In this document: positions 1 through 9,019 of the stretch, one piece after another
Numbering within the stretch: position 1 is the stretch's first letter
How the letters are laid out: the number at the start of each line of letters is the position of its first letter
Assembly: GCA_026417735.1 (NCBI GenBank)
Contig: JAOACR010000014.1
Coordinates: 70,829-134,828, forward strand
Length of the DNA: 64,000 nt
Direction of reading: 5' to 3'
DNA from: Kiritimatiellia bacterium
GTDB lineage: Bacteria; Verrucomicrobiota; Kiritimatiellia; PWTM01
Notes under the pieces: model-generated
The model's database searches: none
The model's input: only the letters and a program-made list of their open reading frames with translations
Told to the model about the DNA's origin: nothing
Translations under genes and position numbers: made by a program

Positions 1-1
1 G

Positions 2-631
2 GTGCTCGACGTCCAGCCGGGGGATGAGGCCGGCATCAAAAGCGCCAGCCTCTTCGTCTCCGGCCCCTACGCCTACGGCTATTTCAAATCCGAACGCGGC
101 GTGCATCGTCTTGTCCGCATCAGCCCCTTCGATGCGAACCGGCGCCGGCATACGTCGTTCGCGGCGCTGGACGTCGTCGCGGAGCTGGACGACGACGTGG
201 AAATTGAAATTCAGGACAAAGATCTGCGCATCGACACCTACCGCTCGGGTGGCGCCGGCGGCCAGCATGTGAACAAGACCGATTCCGCAGTGCGGATTGT
301 GCACCTGCCCACCGGGATTGTCGTCGCCTGCCAGGCGGAACGCTCCCAGCACGCAAATCGCGAACGGGCGATGCGCATGCTGAAGGCGCGCCTCTACGAG
401 ATGGAAATGGACCGCAAGCGGCGGGAAATGGAGCAGTTTTACGGCGAAAAAGGCGAGATCGCCTGGGGCCGTCAGATCCGCTCGTACGTGCTGCAGCCCT
501 ACCAGATGGTGAAAGACCACCGTACCGACGTCGAGGTCGGACGGGTGGACGCGGTGCTCGACGGCGACCTGCGCCCGTTTGTGGACGCGTATCTGCGGAA
601 GTTTCGTCCGCGGGATGGAGACGGCATGTGA
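2..631 (+). CDS. prfB: Peptide chain release factor 2 (5' truncated by window edge)
   Basis: RF2-specific SPF motif ([10 protein letters not shown]), GGQ motif ([17 protein letters not shown]), [13 protein letters not shown]. Confidence 0.97.
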   Translation: MLDVQPGDEAGIKSASLFVSGPYAYGYFKSERGVHRLVRISPFDANRRRHTSFAALDVVAELDDDVEIEIQDKDLRIDTYRSGGAGGQHVNKTDSAVRIVHLPTGIVVACQAERSQHANRERAMRMLKARLYEMEMDRKRREMEQFYGEKGEIAWGRQIRSYVLQPYQMVKDHRTDVEVGRVDAVLDGDLRPFVDAYLRKFRPRDGDGM

Positions 632-1440
632 GCGTGCTGGAGCGGATCCTCGCGGACAAACGGGCGGAGATCGCGCGACGACGGCGCGGTGGCTCCCCCC
701 CTCCTCCCACGCAGCCTCCGCCGCCTTTCGCCGCCGCGCTGCGCTCGGTGCCGATCGGCCTGATTGCGGAGGTCAAGCGGCGCTCGCCCTCGGCCGGCGT
801 GATCCGCGAGCCCTGGGACCCCGCCGCAATCGCGCTCGCCTACGCCGCGGCGGGCGCGCAGGCGATCTCGGTGCTTGTGGACGAGCCGTACTTCGGCGGT
901 GGCGAAGCGGACTTCCGGGCGGTGCGGTCGAACGTGCCACTGCCGCTCTTGTACAAGGAATTTGTGCTGGACGAGTGGCAGGTCGCGCACGCGGCGTCGC
1001 TGGGCGCCTCCGCGGTGTTGCTGATCGTCGCGGCACTGGACGACGTCGCGCTGAAAGATCTGTCGGCCGCGTCCGCCGCCTACGGCCTCGAAACCCTCGT
1101 GGAGGTGCACAACGAGCGGGAACTGGAGCGGGCGCTCGCGGCCGGCGCCACCCTGATCGGCATCAACAATCGGGACCTACGAACCTTTCGGACGGACCTC
1201 ACCGTGAGTCTGCGGCTGGCGCCGGCAGTGCCGCGGGGAACGACGCTTGTCAGCGAAAGTGGCATCCGCGATGCGGAGGACGTCCGGCGTTTGCAGAGTG
1301 CCGGTGTGCATGCGATTCTCGTCGGCGAAAGCCTGCTGCGACAGTCCGATGTCGCCGCTGCGGTACGGCGCCTGATGGCGCCGGCGCGCGGCGGGGAGGT
1401 GCCAGGCGATGGATCAACCTACGGCCCGAAAATGGATTGA
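628..1440 (+). CDS. trpC: Indole-3-glycerol phosphate synthase
   Basis: [50 protein letters not shown] overlap with prfB stop. Confidence 0.95.
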   Translation: MSVLERILADKRAEIARRRRGGSPPPPTQPPPPFAAALRSVPIGLIAEVKRRSPSAGVIREPWDPAAIALAYAAAGAQAISVLVDEPYFGGGEADFRAVRSNVPLPLLYKEFVLDEWQVAHAASLGASAVLLIVAALDDVALKDLSAASAAYGLETLVEVHNERELERALAAGATLIGINNRDLRTFRTDLTVSLRLAPAVPRGTTLVSESGIRDAEDVRRLQSAGVHAILVGESLLRQSDVAAAVRRLMAPARGGEVPGDGSTYGPKMD

Positions 1441-2632
1441 GCGCGGTCTCGTGATGCCGTTGCCAGAGACGGTCGAGATCGCCCCAGAGGTCCGCCCCGA
1501 GCGAATTGCGCCGGGTGTCGTGATCCACCCCGGCTGCCGCATTCGCGGCGCCGAGACCTCCATCGGCCCGGGCTGTGTGTTGGGCGAGGAAGCCCCCTTG
1601 ACGCTGGACAACTGCCAGTTGGGACATCGCGTTCGGCTGGCCGGCGGCGCCTGTTCCGGCGCGACGTTCCTGGATGGGGCCGCACTCGGCAGCGCCGCGC
1701 ACGTTCGGCCCGGCACATTGCTGGAGGAAGAGGCCTCCTGCGCGCACGCGGCGGGTCTCAAGCAGACCATCCTGCTGCCTTTTGTGACGACGGGTAGCCT
1801 CGTGAACCTGTGCGACCTGCTGATCGCGGGCGGCACGTCGCGACGTCACCACACCGAGGTCGGTTCGTCCTATGTTCACTTCAATTTCACCCCCCACGGC
1901 GACAAGGCCACCGCCTCCCTGGTCGGCGACGTGCCACGAGGGGTGTGGCTCGACCAGCCGCCAATCTTCCTGGGCGGCCAGGGAGGGCTCGTCGGGCCGT
2001 CGCGGGTCGCGTTCGGCGTCGTGATCCCGGCCGGCATCATCTGGCGCGGCGACGCACTGGAGCCGGAAACGGTCGCGGTGCCGCCCCCTTCGGCCTCGCC
2101 CATGGCCCGGCCGTTCGTCGCCGGTGCGTACCGATCGGTGCGGCGGATCGTGCACGCAAACCTGACGTTCGTGGGAAATCTGCTGGCGCTCACCGCGTGG
2201 TACCGCCACATCCGCGCGCGATGGATGCAGTCCGACCCTTGGCGCGCCGAGTGCCATGCGGGGGCGTTGAGGCGCCTCGCCGAGGGAGTGGAGGAGCGGC
2301 TGCGGCGCCTTGACGAGCTGGCCGACCGCATGGAGCGATCGGTCCAGCTGGCCCGCAGCGACCGCCGATGCGCAATTCCGGCGGACTTGATCGCGGAGCA
2401 AGAGCGGTTCCGCCGGCAGTGGCCGGCGATCCGCGAAGCGATCCGGTCCTGTGGTGACTTTGAACCGCCACCGGAACTGGTTGCCGCCGTCGCCGGCGCG
2501 ACCGCCCGCGAGGCGACAGACTGGCCCGCGGTAGTTCGCGCCGTGCCGGACGAGGTTCGTCATGCCGGCCGGGAGTGGCTAGAGCGCTTCGTGGAACGCT
2601 GCCGCTCATTGTGGCCGGCCCGCACGGGCTGA
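1409..2632 (+). CDS. GlmU-C-terminal-like left-handed beta-helix (hexapeptide repeat) protein
   Basis: Hexapeptide-like repeats (IAPGVVIHPGCRIRG, IGPGCVLG, LGSAAHVRPGTLL) resembling the GlmU acetyltransferase domain; no N-terminal NTP-transferase motif (LAAGxGTRM). Confidence 0.65.
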   Translation: MDQPTARKWIERGLVMPLPETVEIAPEVRPERIAPGVVIHPGCRIRGAETSIGPGCVLGEEAPLTLDNCQLGHRVRLAGGACSGATFLDGAALGSAAHVRPGTLLEEEASCAHAAGLKQTILLPFVTTGSLVNLCDLLIAGGTSRRHHTEVGSSYVHFNFTPHGDKATASLVGDVPRGVWLDQPPIFLGGQGGLVGPSRVAFGVVIPAGIIWRGDALEPETVAVPPPSASPMARPFVAGAYRSVRRIVHANLTFVGNLLALTAWYRHIRARWMQSDPWRAECHAGALRRLAEGVEERLRRLDELADRMERSVQLARSDRRCAIPADLIAEQERFRRQWPAIREAIRSCGDFEPPPELVAAVAGATAREATDWPAVVRAVPDEVRHAGREWLERFVERCRSLWPARTG

Positions 2633-2637
2633 CCGCG

Positions 2638-4080
2638 ATGTCGCGTCGCCTGCCGACCGTATTCTTCGCCGGGGCAGCGATCCGCGCCGCGGCGATGTCC
2701 GACAGTGTGGTGGATTGGGGACCGTTGTACTACCGCGTGCAGTTGTCCGGCAGCGGCACCATCGAACGGGCGGTCGGGCCATTGTGGGAACGGCGAATCT
2801 CCGCGGACGGTCGGCTTTGGGCTCTTCGGCCGTTCATCGCTCGCGCAGCCAGCGCGACAAACCGTGTCGAAGGGGATCTGCTTTGGCCGCTGGGCGAATT
2901 CTCTGCGCTGCCCCCCGAGCGAGGGTGGCGGGTGCTCACCGCGTGGTACCACTGCTTCGATACGACCGCGGCTCGTCCGCGCTGGCGCCTCTGGATTTTG
3001 CCCGTCTATATCCAGGGCCGCAGCGCGGCCGGCAGGGACTATCTCGGCGTGGTCCCGCTCGGCGGACGCATCGAGGAATTCTTCGGCCTGGACGAATGCA
3101 CCTTCGTGCTGTGGCCGGTGTGGTCACGACAACGCGATGGCCATCTGCTGACCACCGCGTGGCTCTACCCGATCTGGAGCCGGACGCAGGGCCCGACGGA
3201 GGAACGGTTGCGGGTTTTCCCGTTCTACGGCCGCGCCCGGCGGCACGGCCAATACGAAAAGCAGTTCATCCTGTGGCCGATCTGGACCTGGGCCCGCTAC
3301 CACTATCCCACTTCGCACGGCACCGGTTGGATCCTGTTTCCGTTCTACGGCCGTCTGGACCTCAGCGACCAGACTTCCCGCCTGATCCTGCCCCCCTTCA
3401 TTCGGATCACGCACGGCCAGGAGGTCCGGGGCATGGATGCACCCTGGCCGTTCGTGCGGTACCAAACGGGGCGCCGCAATCGTCTGCACATCTGGCCGTT
3501 TTACGGGCGCACGACGGACCCGGCGATCGACCGGGCCTACTTTGTGTGGCCGCTGGTGTGGCGGCTGCGCGTCACCCGGCACGACGAGATCCATCGCTCT
3601 TGGCACATCGTGCCCTTCGCGCACTGGCGCAGCTCCACGCCGCCGCAGGCGTCGCCGTCGCGGCGAGAGGGGCGCATCTGGCCACTGCTCTCCTGGTCGT
3701 GCGAGGGCGAGGCGTGGCACTGGCGGGCACCCGAGCTGTGGCCCACCTGGCCGCTGGCGCCGGTGGAACGGTCGTGGTCGCCGCTCTGGACGCTGATCCG
3801 CTACAGTCGCAGCGCCGGCGAAACGGAGTGGGAACTGCTCTGGGGCCTCGTGCGCCACCGCCGCGACGCGCAGCTCCGCCACACATCCGTGTTTCCCCTA
3901 TGGGAGGCCAGCACCGCGACGTCGGCCCACCGCACATCGTGGTCGGTCCTGAAGGGACTGGTGGGCGTCCGTTGCGACGGGGCGAACGTCCACCTGCGAC
4001 TGCTCTACGCACTTGACGTTCCGATCGGAGGATCCCGGCCATCGTCCTGCACGAACCCGACCACTTCGAGCCGCCGCTGA
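2638..4080 (+). CDS. Hypothetical exported protein with aromatic [LIV]W/FP[FLI][YW] repeats, directly upstream of mlaEFD
   Basis: Long ORF (track 2575..4080), ATG at 2638 just after the previous stop, signal-peptide-like N-terminus, >12 repeats such as VFPFYGR, LFPFYGR, IWPFYGR, LWPIWTW. Confidence 0.75.
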   Translation: MSRRLPTVFFAGAAIRAAAMSDSVVDWGPLYYRVQLSGSGTIERAVGPLWERRISADGRLWALRPFIARAASATNRVEGDLLWPLGEFSALPPERGWRVLTAWYHCFDTTAARPRWRLWILPVYIQGRSAAGRDYLGVVPLGGRIEEFFGLDECTFVLWPVWSRQRDGHLLTTAWLYPIWSRTQGPTEERLRVFPFYGRARRHGQYEKQFILWPIWTWARYHYPTSHGTGWILFPFYGRLDLSDQTSRLILPPFIRITHGQEVRGMDAPWPFVRYQTGRRNRLHIWPFYGRTTDPAIDRAYFVWPLVWRLRVTRHDEIHRSWHIVPFAHWRSSTPPQASPSRREGRIWPLLSWSCEGEAWHWRAPELWPTWPLAPVERSWSPLWTLIRYSRSAGETEWELLWGLVRHRRDAQLRHTSVFPLWEASTATSAHRTSWSVLKGLVGVRCDGANVHLRLLYALDVPIGGSRPSSCTNPTTSSRR

Positions 4081-4094
4081 ACCTGTTCGCGGCG

Positions 4095-4853
4095 GTGGGG
4101 CGTCGGTTGCTACTGAGCTGCCGCAACGCCGGCCGCGGGCTGATCGTGCTCGGCGGGGCGCTGCTGGAGCTGCGTCACATGCTTTCGCGACGCAACCGTC
4201 GCGAAGTGCTCACGCAGCTGTTCATCACCGGCATCAAAAGCCTTGGGGTGCTGACCGTGGTGGCGATGTTCACCGGCATGATCCTCGCGCTGCAAACCGG
4301 CCTGGAACTGCGGCGCTACGGGCAGGAGGTGAACATCGGCACCGCGGTGACGGTGGTGATGGTCCGTGAAATGGGCCCCTTCATGACGGGGCTGGTGATC
4401 GCGGCGAGCGTGGGCTCCGCCATCGCCGCACAGCTGGCGACGATGACCGTATCCGAAGAGGTCGCGGCGCTCGAGGTGATGTCGATCAGCCCTGTCCGCT
4501 TCCTGGTGATGCCGCGGCTCGCCGCGCTCCTCATCATGATGCCGGTGCTCACCGTCTACACCAACGTGCTGGGCGTGATCGGCGGCGCGATCGTGGGCCG
4601 CACCCAGCTGGGCGTCTCGCTGCCGGCCTACTTCGATAACGCGATCCAATACGTGCGCAACAAGGACCTCTACGTCGGGCTGCTGAAAGCCACCGTGTTC
4701 GGCGTGGTGATCGCAACGGTCGCCTGCCAGCAGGGCTTCCAGGCGACGGAGGGCGCGGTCGGCGTGGGCCACGCGACCCGCCGGACCGTGATCATTTCCT
4801 TCCTGACCATCCTGATGCTCGGCTACATGATCACCAGGTTGTTCTACCAGTGA
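4095..4853 (+). CDS. mlaE: MlaE-family lipid ABC transporter permease
   Basis: VREMGPFMTGLVIAASVGSAIAAQLATMTVSEEVAALEVM..P.RFLVMPR; GAVGVGHAT; start uncertain. Confidence 0.92.
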   Translation: MGRRLLLSCRNAGRGLIVLGGALLELRHMLSRRNRREVLTQLFITGIKSLGVLTVVAMFTGMILALQTGLELRRYGQEVNIGTAVTVVMVREMGPFMTGLVIAASVGSAIAAQLATMTVSEEVAALEVMSISPVRFLVMPRLAALLIMMPVLTVYTNVLGVIGGAIVGRTQLGVSLPAYFDNAIQYVRNKDLYVGLLKATVFGVVIATVACQQGFQATEGAVGVGHATRRTVIISFLTILMLGYMITRLFYQ

Positions 4854-5629
4854 GTGCGACGCCGGCGATCCGATTTGAGCGGGTGGTGAAGCGGCTGGGC
4901 GGCCGCCTTGTGCTCGACGAGGTCTCGTTCGAGGTCCAGCGGGGCGAAGTGTTTGTGATCGTCGGCGCGTCGGGCTCGGGCAAAAGCGTCACGCTCAAAC
5001 ACATGGTGCGGCTGCTCACGCCGGACGAGGGCCGCGTCTGGGTCGGCGAGGACTGCATCAGCGAGGCGCGCGGCCGCCGGCTCGCCGAACTCCGCGACCG
5101 CTTCGGTGTGCTGTTCCAGAGTTCCGCGCTGCTGCAGTGGATGACCGTCGAGGAGAACGTCGCGCTGCCGCTGCGCGAGAAGACCGCGCTGAGCGAGCCC
5201 GAAATCGCAGAGCGGGTGCACCGGCAGCTCGCCGCGCTCGGCCTCGAGGACGCGGCCGACAAATTCCCCGCCGATCTCTCCGGCGGCATGCAGAAGCGCG
5301 TCGGCCTTGCCCGCGCAATGGTGCTGAACCCTGAAATCATCCTGTACGACGAGCCCACCTCCGGTCTGGACCCCGTCACCTCGCGCCGCATCGACGACCT
5401 GATCCTGGAGCTGCGCCAGCAACACGGCATCACGAGCGTGGTCGTCACGCACGACCTTCACTCCGCGCTCGCGATCGCGACCCGCATCGCGGTGATCCAC
5501 CAGGGCCGCGTGGTCGAGGTCCGCCGGCCCGCAGAGTTTTTGCGCTCAACCAACGAGATTGTTCGGTCGTTTCTTGACGCGCAGTACATCACGCGCCGCG
5601 GCGCGTGGGAGATGGAGACGATTCAATGA
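4850..5629 (+). CDS. mlaF: MlaF-family ABC transporter ATP-binding protein
   Basis: Walker A GASGSGKS, LFQSSAL, signature LSGGMQKRVGLARA, Walker B ILYDEPTSGLDP, VTHD. Confidence 0.92.
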   Translation: MSATPAIRFERVVKRLGGRLVLDEVSFEVQRGEVFVIVGASGSGKSVTLKHMVRLLTPDEGRVWVGEDCISEARGRRLAELRDRFGVLFQSSALLQWMTVEENVALPLREKTALSEPEIAERVHRQLAALGLEDAADKFPADLSGGMQKRVGLARAMVLNPEIILYDEPTSGLDPVTSRRIDDLILELRQQHGITSVVVTHDLHSALAIATRIAVIHQGRVVEVRRPAEFLRSTNEIVRSFLDAQYITRRGAWEMETIQ

Positions 5630-6618
5630 GACGGGAACGGATTCGCGAGACTTCAATGGAGGTCACCGTCGGCGCGTTCCTGTTCATGGTGCTGCTCGCG
5701 CTGGCGGTCTTTACGATCATTCTCAGCCGCCAGAGCCTGTTCGAGCGCACCGTCTACTACGAGGTCACGTTCCGCACGGTGCTGGGTGTGCGCGAGGGGG
5801 ACAACGTCTACCTCCGCGGCGTGATCATCGGCAAGGTGGACGACGTGATCGTGGAGCGCCAGGGGGTGCGCGTGCGACTGGCGGTGAACCGCCCTCTCGA
5901 CCTTCGCGAAAATTACCGCATCGAAATCCTTCCCTCCTCGCTGCTGGGCGGCCGCTACCTCGAAATCGAGGAGGGCGACGAGGACCGGCCCGCGATCCCG
6001 CCCGGCACGCCGCTGGTGGGCACCACGCCGAAAGACCTGCTCGACGAAGCGACCCGCGTGGTCGCTTCGATCCGGTCCACGCTGGAGGGCGGCGTGCTCG
6101 ACAATGCGCGCACGATCGTTTCGAACGTGAACGCGATCGTTGCGCGGGTCGAGCGCGGCGAGGGTACGCTCGGGCGGCTCGTTCGCGACGAGACGGTGTA
6201 CAACGACGCTCGCGCGATCGTCGCCAACGTCCGCGAGATCAGCGAGCGGCTGAACCGCGGCGAAGGTTCACTCGGCCGGCTGCTATCGGACGACGGGTCG
6301 ATCTACCGGGACATCGAACAAACCGCCGCGAATCTCCGGCGCGCCTCCGACGATCTCGCGCAGGGCCGCGGACTGCTCGGCAAGCTGATCTCAAGCGATG
6401 ATGCCGTTTACGACGACCTGCGTGCCACGGTCGCGTCGGTCCGGGAGGTGGCGGAGGGGCTGCGGCGGGGTGAGGGCACGCTGGGCCGGCTGCTGAAAGA
6501 AACGGAGGTCTACGAAGACCTGAAACAGGCACTTCGTGAGCTGCGCGCGACCATTGACGACTTCCGCGAAACCGCACCGATCACCACTTTTTCGAGTATT
6601 TTCCTCGGAGCGTTCTGA
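5626..6618 (+). CDS. mlaD: MlaD/MCE-family protein with extended helical repeats
   Basis: N-terminal TM (EVTVGAFLFMVLL), MCE motifs (GVREGDNVYLRGVIIGKV; SSLLGGRYLEI), four GxGxLG[RK]L repeats; ATGA overlap with mlaF. Confidence 0.88.
   Translation: MRRERIRETSMEVTVGAFLFMVLLALAVFTIILSRQSLFERTVYYEVTFRTVLGVREGDNVYLRGVIIGKVDDVIVERQGVRVRLAVNRPLDLRENYRIEILPSSLLGGRYLEIEEGDEDRPAIPPGTPLVGTTPKDLLDEATRVVASIRSTLEGGVLDNARTIVSNVNAIVARVERGEGTLGRLVRDETVYNDARAIVANVREISERLNRGEGSLGRLLSDDGSIYRDIEQTAANLRRASDDLAQGRGLLGKLISSDDAVYDDLRATVASVREVAEGLRRGEGTLGRLLKETEVYEDLKQALRELRATIDDFRETAPITTFSSIFLGAF
6143..6530 (+). repeat. Four ~34-35-aa helical repeats in the MCE protein
   Basis: GEGTLGRLVRDETVYND / GEGSLGRLLSDDGSIYRD / GRGLLGKLISSDDAVYDD / GEGTLGRLLKETEVYED; boundaries approximate. 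Confidence 0.8.
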
Positions 6619-6653
6619 CGTGTGGCTCGGCCGCGAAACCGAAAAAACCTGAC

Positions 6654-8975
6654 ATGCTGACGACAGTGCTGGCGACGCTGCTGTGGATGACCGGCCTGGC
6701 GGAGCTGGTTGCCGCCGCGAGCCTATTCCGGCGCACCCGCCGCCCCGGCATCCGGCCGTTGGCCGTGTTGCTGGCCGCGCTCAGCGTGTACACGGTTGCG
6801 TACGGCTTTGAGATTCTGCGCCCGTCGATCCCCTGGATGCTCGGCTGGCTCCGGGTCGAATATCTGGGGGTACCGTTCATCGGATGGGCATGGTGGTGGC
6901 TCGCCTGGGAAGTCTCCTCCGGGCGCAGTGGCGCGCCCCGGTGGCGTGGCTGGCTCGCGGTGGTGCCGGCGTGCACCGCGGCGGTTGCGCTATTGGGCGG
7001 TGGGAGTCAGTGGATCCATGCCCCCCCACATGAGGTCCGACTTTCCCCGATACCGATCTTTCAGTTCGAGCCCGGTCCGCTCTACAGGGCGATTTGGGCC
7101 TACAACTGGACGCTCGCCGCGCTCGGCACATCGCGGCTGCTGACGCGAGCCGCCATTTATGGCGGTGTCTATCGGCGCCAGCTCCGCGTCTGGTTGGCCG
7201 CGTTTGCGGTGCCCGCGCTCGCCAATCTCGCCTATGCGGCCGGCCTGCAACCGTCGGGCGCGTTCGACATCAACCCGTTCGCCTTCGCCATCGGTGGGGC
7301 GATTGTCGCCCCCGTGGTTCTCCGTAGATCGCTGCTGGATGTGATCCCGATTGCGCGGGCCCGCGCGTTGGACGCGCTCAGCGAGGGTGTCATCGTGATG
7401 GACGCCGACGGTGTGGTGCTCGATGTGAATCCCGCCGCGGCTCGAATGATCGGTGCCGCCCGGATTGGGCGCTCCTGCGAGCTCGCGTTCGAGATGTCGG
7501 CGGAGTTCGGACGCGCAATCTCCGCTGCAGAGGGGAGTGGCCCCAAGATTCTCCATGACGCCGGGCCCTCCCGGCGAGTGATCGAGTGGCGGCAACAACC
7601 GATCGGCGATCCCGCCTCGCCGGAGGGCCGCGTGGTCTGGCTGCGGGACATTACGGAGGAGTACCGAATGCAGGCCGAGCTCCGCGCCCGGGACCGGTTG
7701 CTCGCCGCGCTCGCCCGATCGGCCCGGCTGCTGCTGGGGCCGGCCGGCCTGCCGGAACTGCGCGGCTACATCCACGAGCTCGGCCAATCCTCCGGGGTGG
7801 AGCGTCTGCACCTGATCCTCGGAACGTTGCCGGACGGCACCACGCTGAGCGCACCGGTGGAGGTCGCGCGGTGGGATGCCGCGGAGCCGACGGCGGTCTC
7901 GCCGACGCCACCGCGCTGCCCCGCCGAGAACGCTGCCGATGTGCTCCGCGAGTGGGTGGCCGACCTGCGAGGGGCACAGAGCGTGGCGGGCATGCGGGAG
8001 ACGTTTGCGCCTCCCGCGCGCGCGCTCCTGGAAACCCTGGGCTTGTCGGCAGCGGTCGCCGCACCGATTCTCTGGGGTCGCGATGCCGGCGGTCTGCTGA
8101 TGCTCGGCCTCACGCGCGAGCACCGCGCGCCCACCGCCGCGGAAATCGAGTTTGTGCACGGCGCCGCGCTGCATCTCGCGCTCGCGCTGCGGCGCGACCG
8201 GATGGAGGCCGCGGCGCACGAGGCGCGCCAGACCGAATCCGTCGGCCGGCTGGCGGCCGGTCTCGCGCGCGATTTTAATAATCTCAACCAGGTCGTGCTC
8301 GGCTACACGGAGACGCTGCGCGACGCGTTCTGCGAGGGGGATTCGCGCCGTGCCGACCTCGCAGAGATTGAAGGTGCGGCCCGGCGTGCCGTGCAGATCA
8401 CCCGTCAGCTGCTGGCCGTCGGCGAATCGCTGAACCTCTCCATGGTACCGATGGAGGTGCACGCGCTGCTGCGCCATCTGGCCCCGATGATCGAACGCAT
8501 GCTCGGTCCCTCAATCGTCATGGAGCTGCGACTGGACGCGCCCGACGACCACGTCATCGCCGACGCATCGCTCATCGAGTACGCGTTCCTCGGTCTGGTC
8601 GCGAACGCGCGGGACGCAATGCCGCTGGGGGGACAGCTTCTCATCCGTACCCGCAACATCGAAATTGCCACGGGAGACACTGCGATTGGCGAGCTTGCCG
8701 CCGGCCGCTACCTGGGTGTGGACGTTAGCGACAACGGCATCGGCATGAACGAGACCACGCGCAGCCATCTGTTCGAGCCGTTCTTTTCGAGGAACCCCGG
8801 GGGGCGGAGCATCGGCCTGAACCTCGCGGCAATTCGCGGCACGCTCAAGCAGCATGGAGGGGATGTTCGGGTCGAATCGGTTGAGGGCCGAGGTTCCACC
8901 TTCACCGTGCTGCTGCCGGTTCGCGCGCCTCCTTCCCCCTCGGCTGCGGCGCCGGCCACTGCGCAGGCCGTTTGA
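6654..8975 (+). CDS. Membrane sensor (HisKA_7TM-like + PAS + GAF-like + kinase core) with degenerate H-box; probable pseudokinase
   Basis: ~7 TM N-terminus, PAS (EGVIVMDADGVVLDVNPAA), H-box LAAGLARDFNNL (His->Arg), N-box LVANARDAMP, G1 DNGIGM, FEPFFS. Confidence 0.85.
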   Translation: MLTTVLATLLWMTGLAELVAAASLFRRTRRPGIRPLAVLLAALSVYTVAYGFEILRPSIPWMLGWLRVEYLGVPFIGWAWWWLAWEVSSGRSGAPRWRGWLAVVPACTAAVALLGGGSQWIHAPPHEVRLSPIPIFQFEPGPLYRAIWAYNWTLAALGTSRLLTRAAIYGGVYRRQLRVWLAAFAVPALANLAYAAGLQPSGAFDINPFAFAIGGAIVAPVVLRRSLLDVIPIARARALDALSEGVIVMDADGVVLDVNPAAARMIGAARIGRSCELAFEMSAEFGRAISAAEGSGPKILHDAGPSRRVIEWRQQPIGDPASPEGRVVWLRDITEEYRMQAELRARDRLLAALARSARLLLGPAGLPELRGYIHELGQSSGVERLHLILGTLPDGTTLSAPVEVARWDAAEPTAVSPTPPRCPAENAADVLREWVADLRGAQSVAGMRETFAPPARALLETLGLSAAVAAPILWGRDAGGLLMLGLTREHRAPTAAEIEFVHGAALHLALALRRDRMEAAAHEARQTESVGRLAAGLARDFNNLNQVVLGYTETLRDAFCEGDSRRADLAEIEGAARRAVQITRQLLAVGESLNLSMVPMEVHALLRHLAPMIERMLGPSIVMELRLDAPDDHVIADASLIEYAFLGLVANARDAMPLGGQLLIRTRNIEIATGDTAIGELAAGRYLGVDVSDNGIGMNETTRSHLFEPFFSRNPGGRSIGLNLAAIRGTLKQHGGDVRVESVEGRGSTFTVLLPVRAPPSPSAAAPATAQAV

Positions 8976-9019
8976 GTTTCTGCAGGTCCACGCCCATACT
9001 GGGGGGTTGAGATACGGCG

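Noticed and set aside
1..60. prfB programmed +1 frameshift site (CTT TGA C)
   Set aside because: It would lie near the gene's 5' end, outside the window; cannot be assessed.
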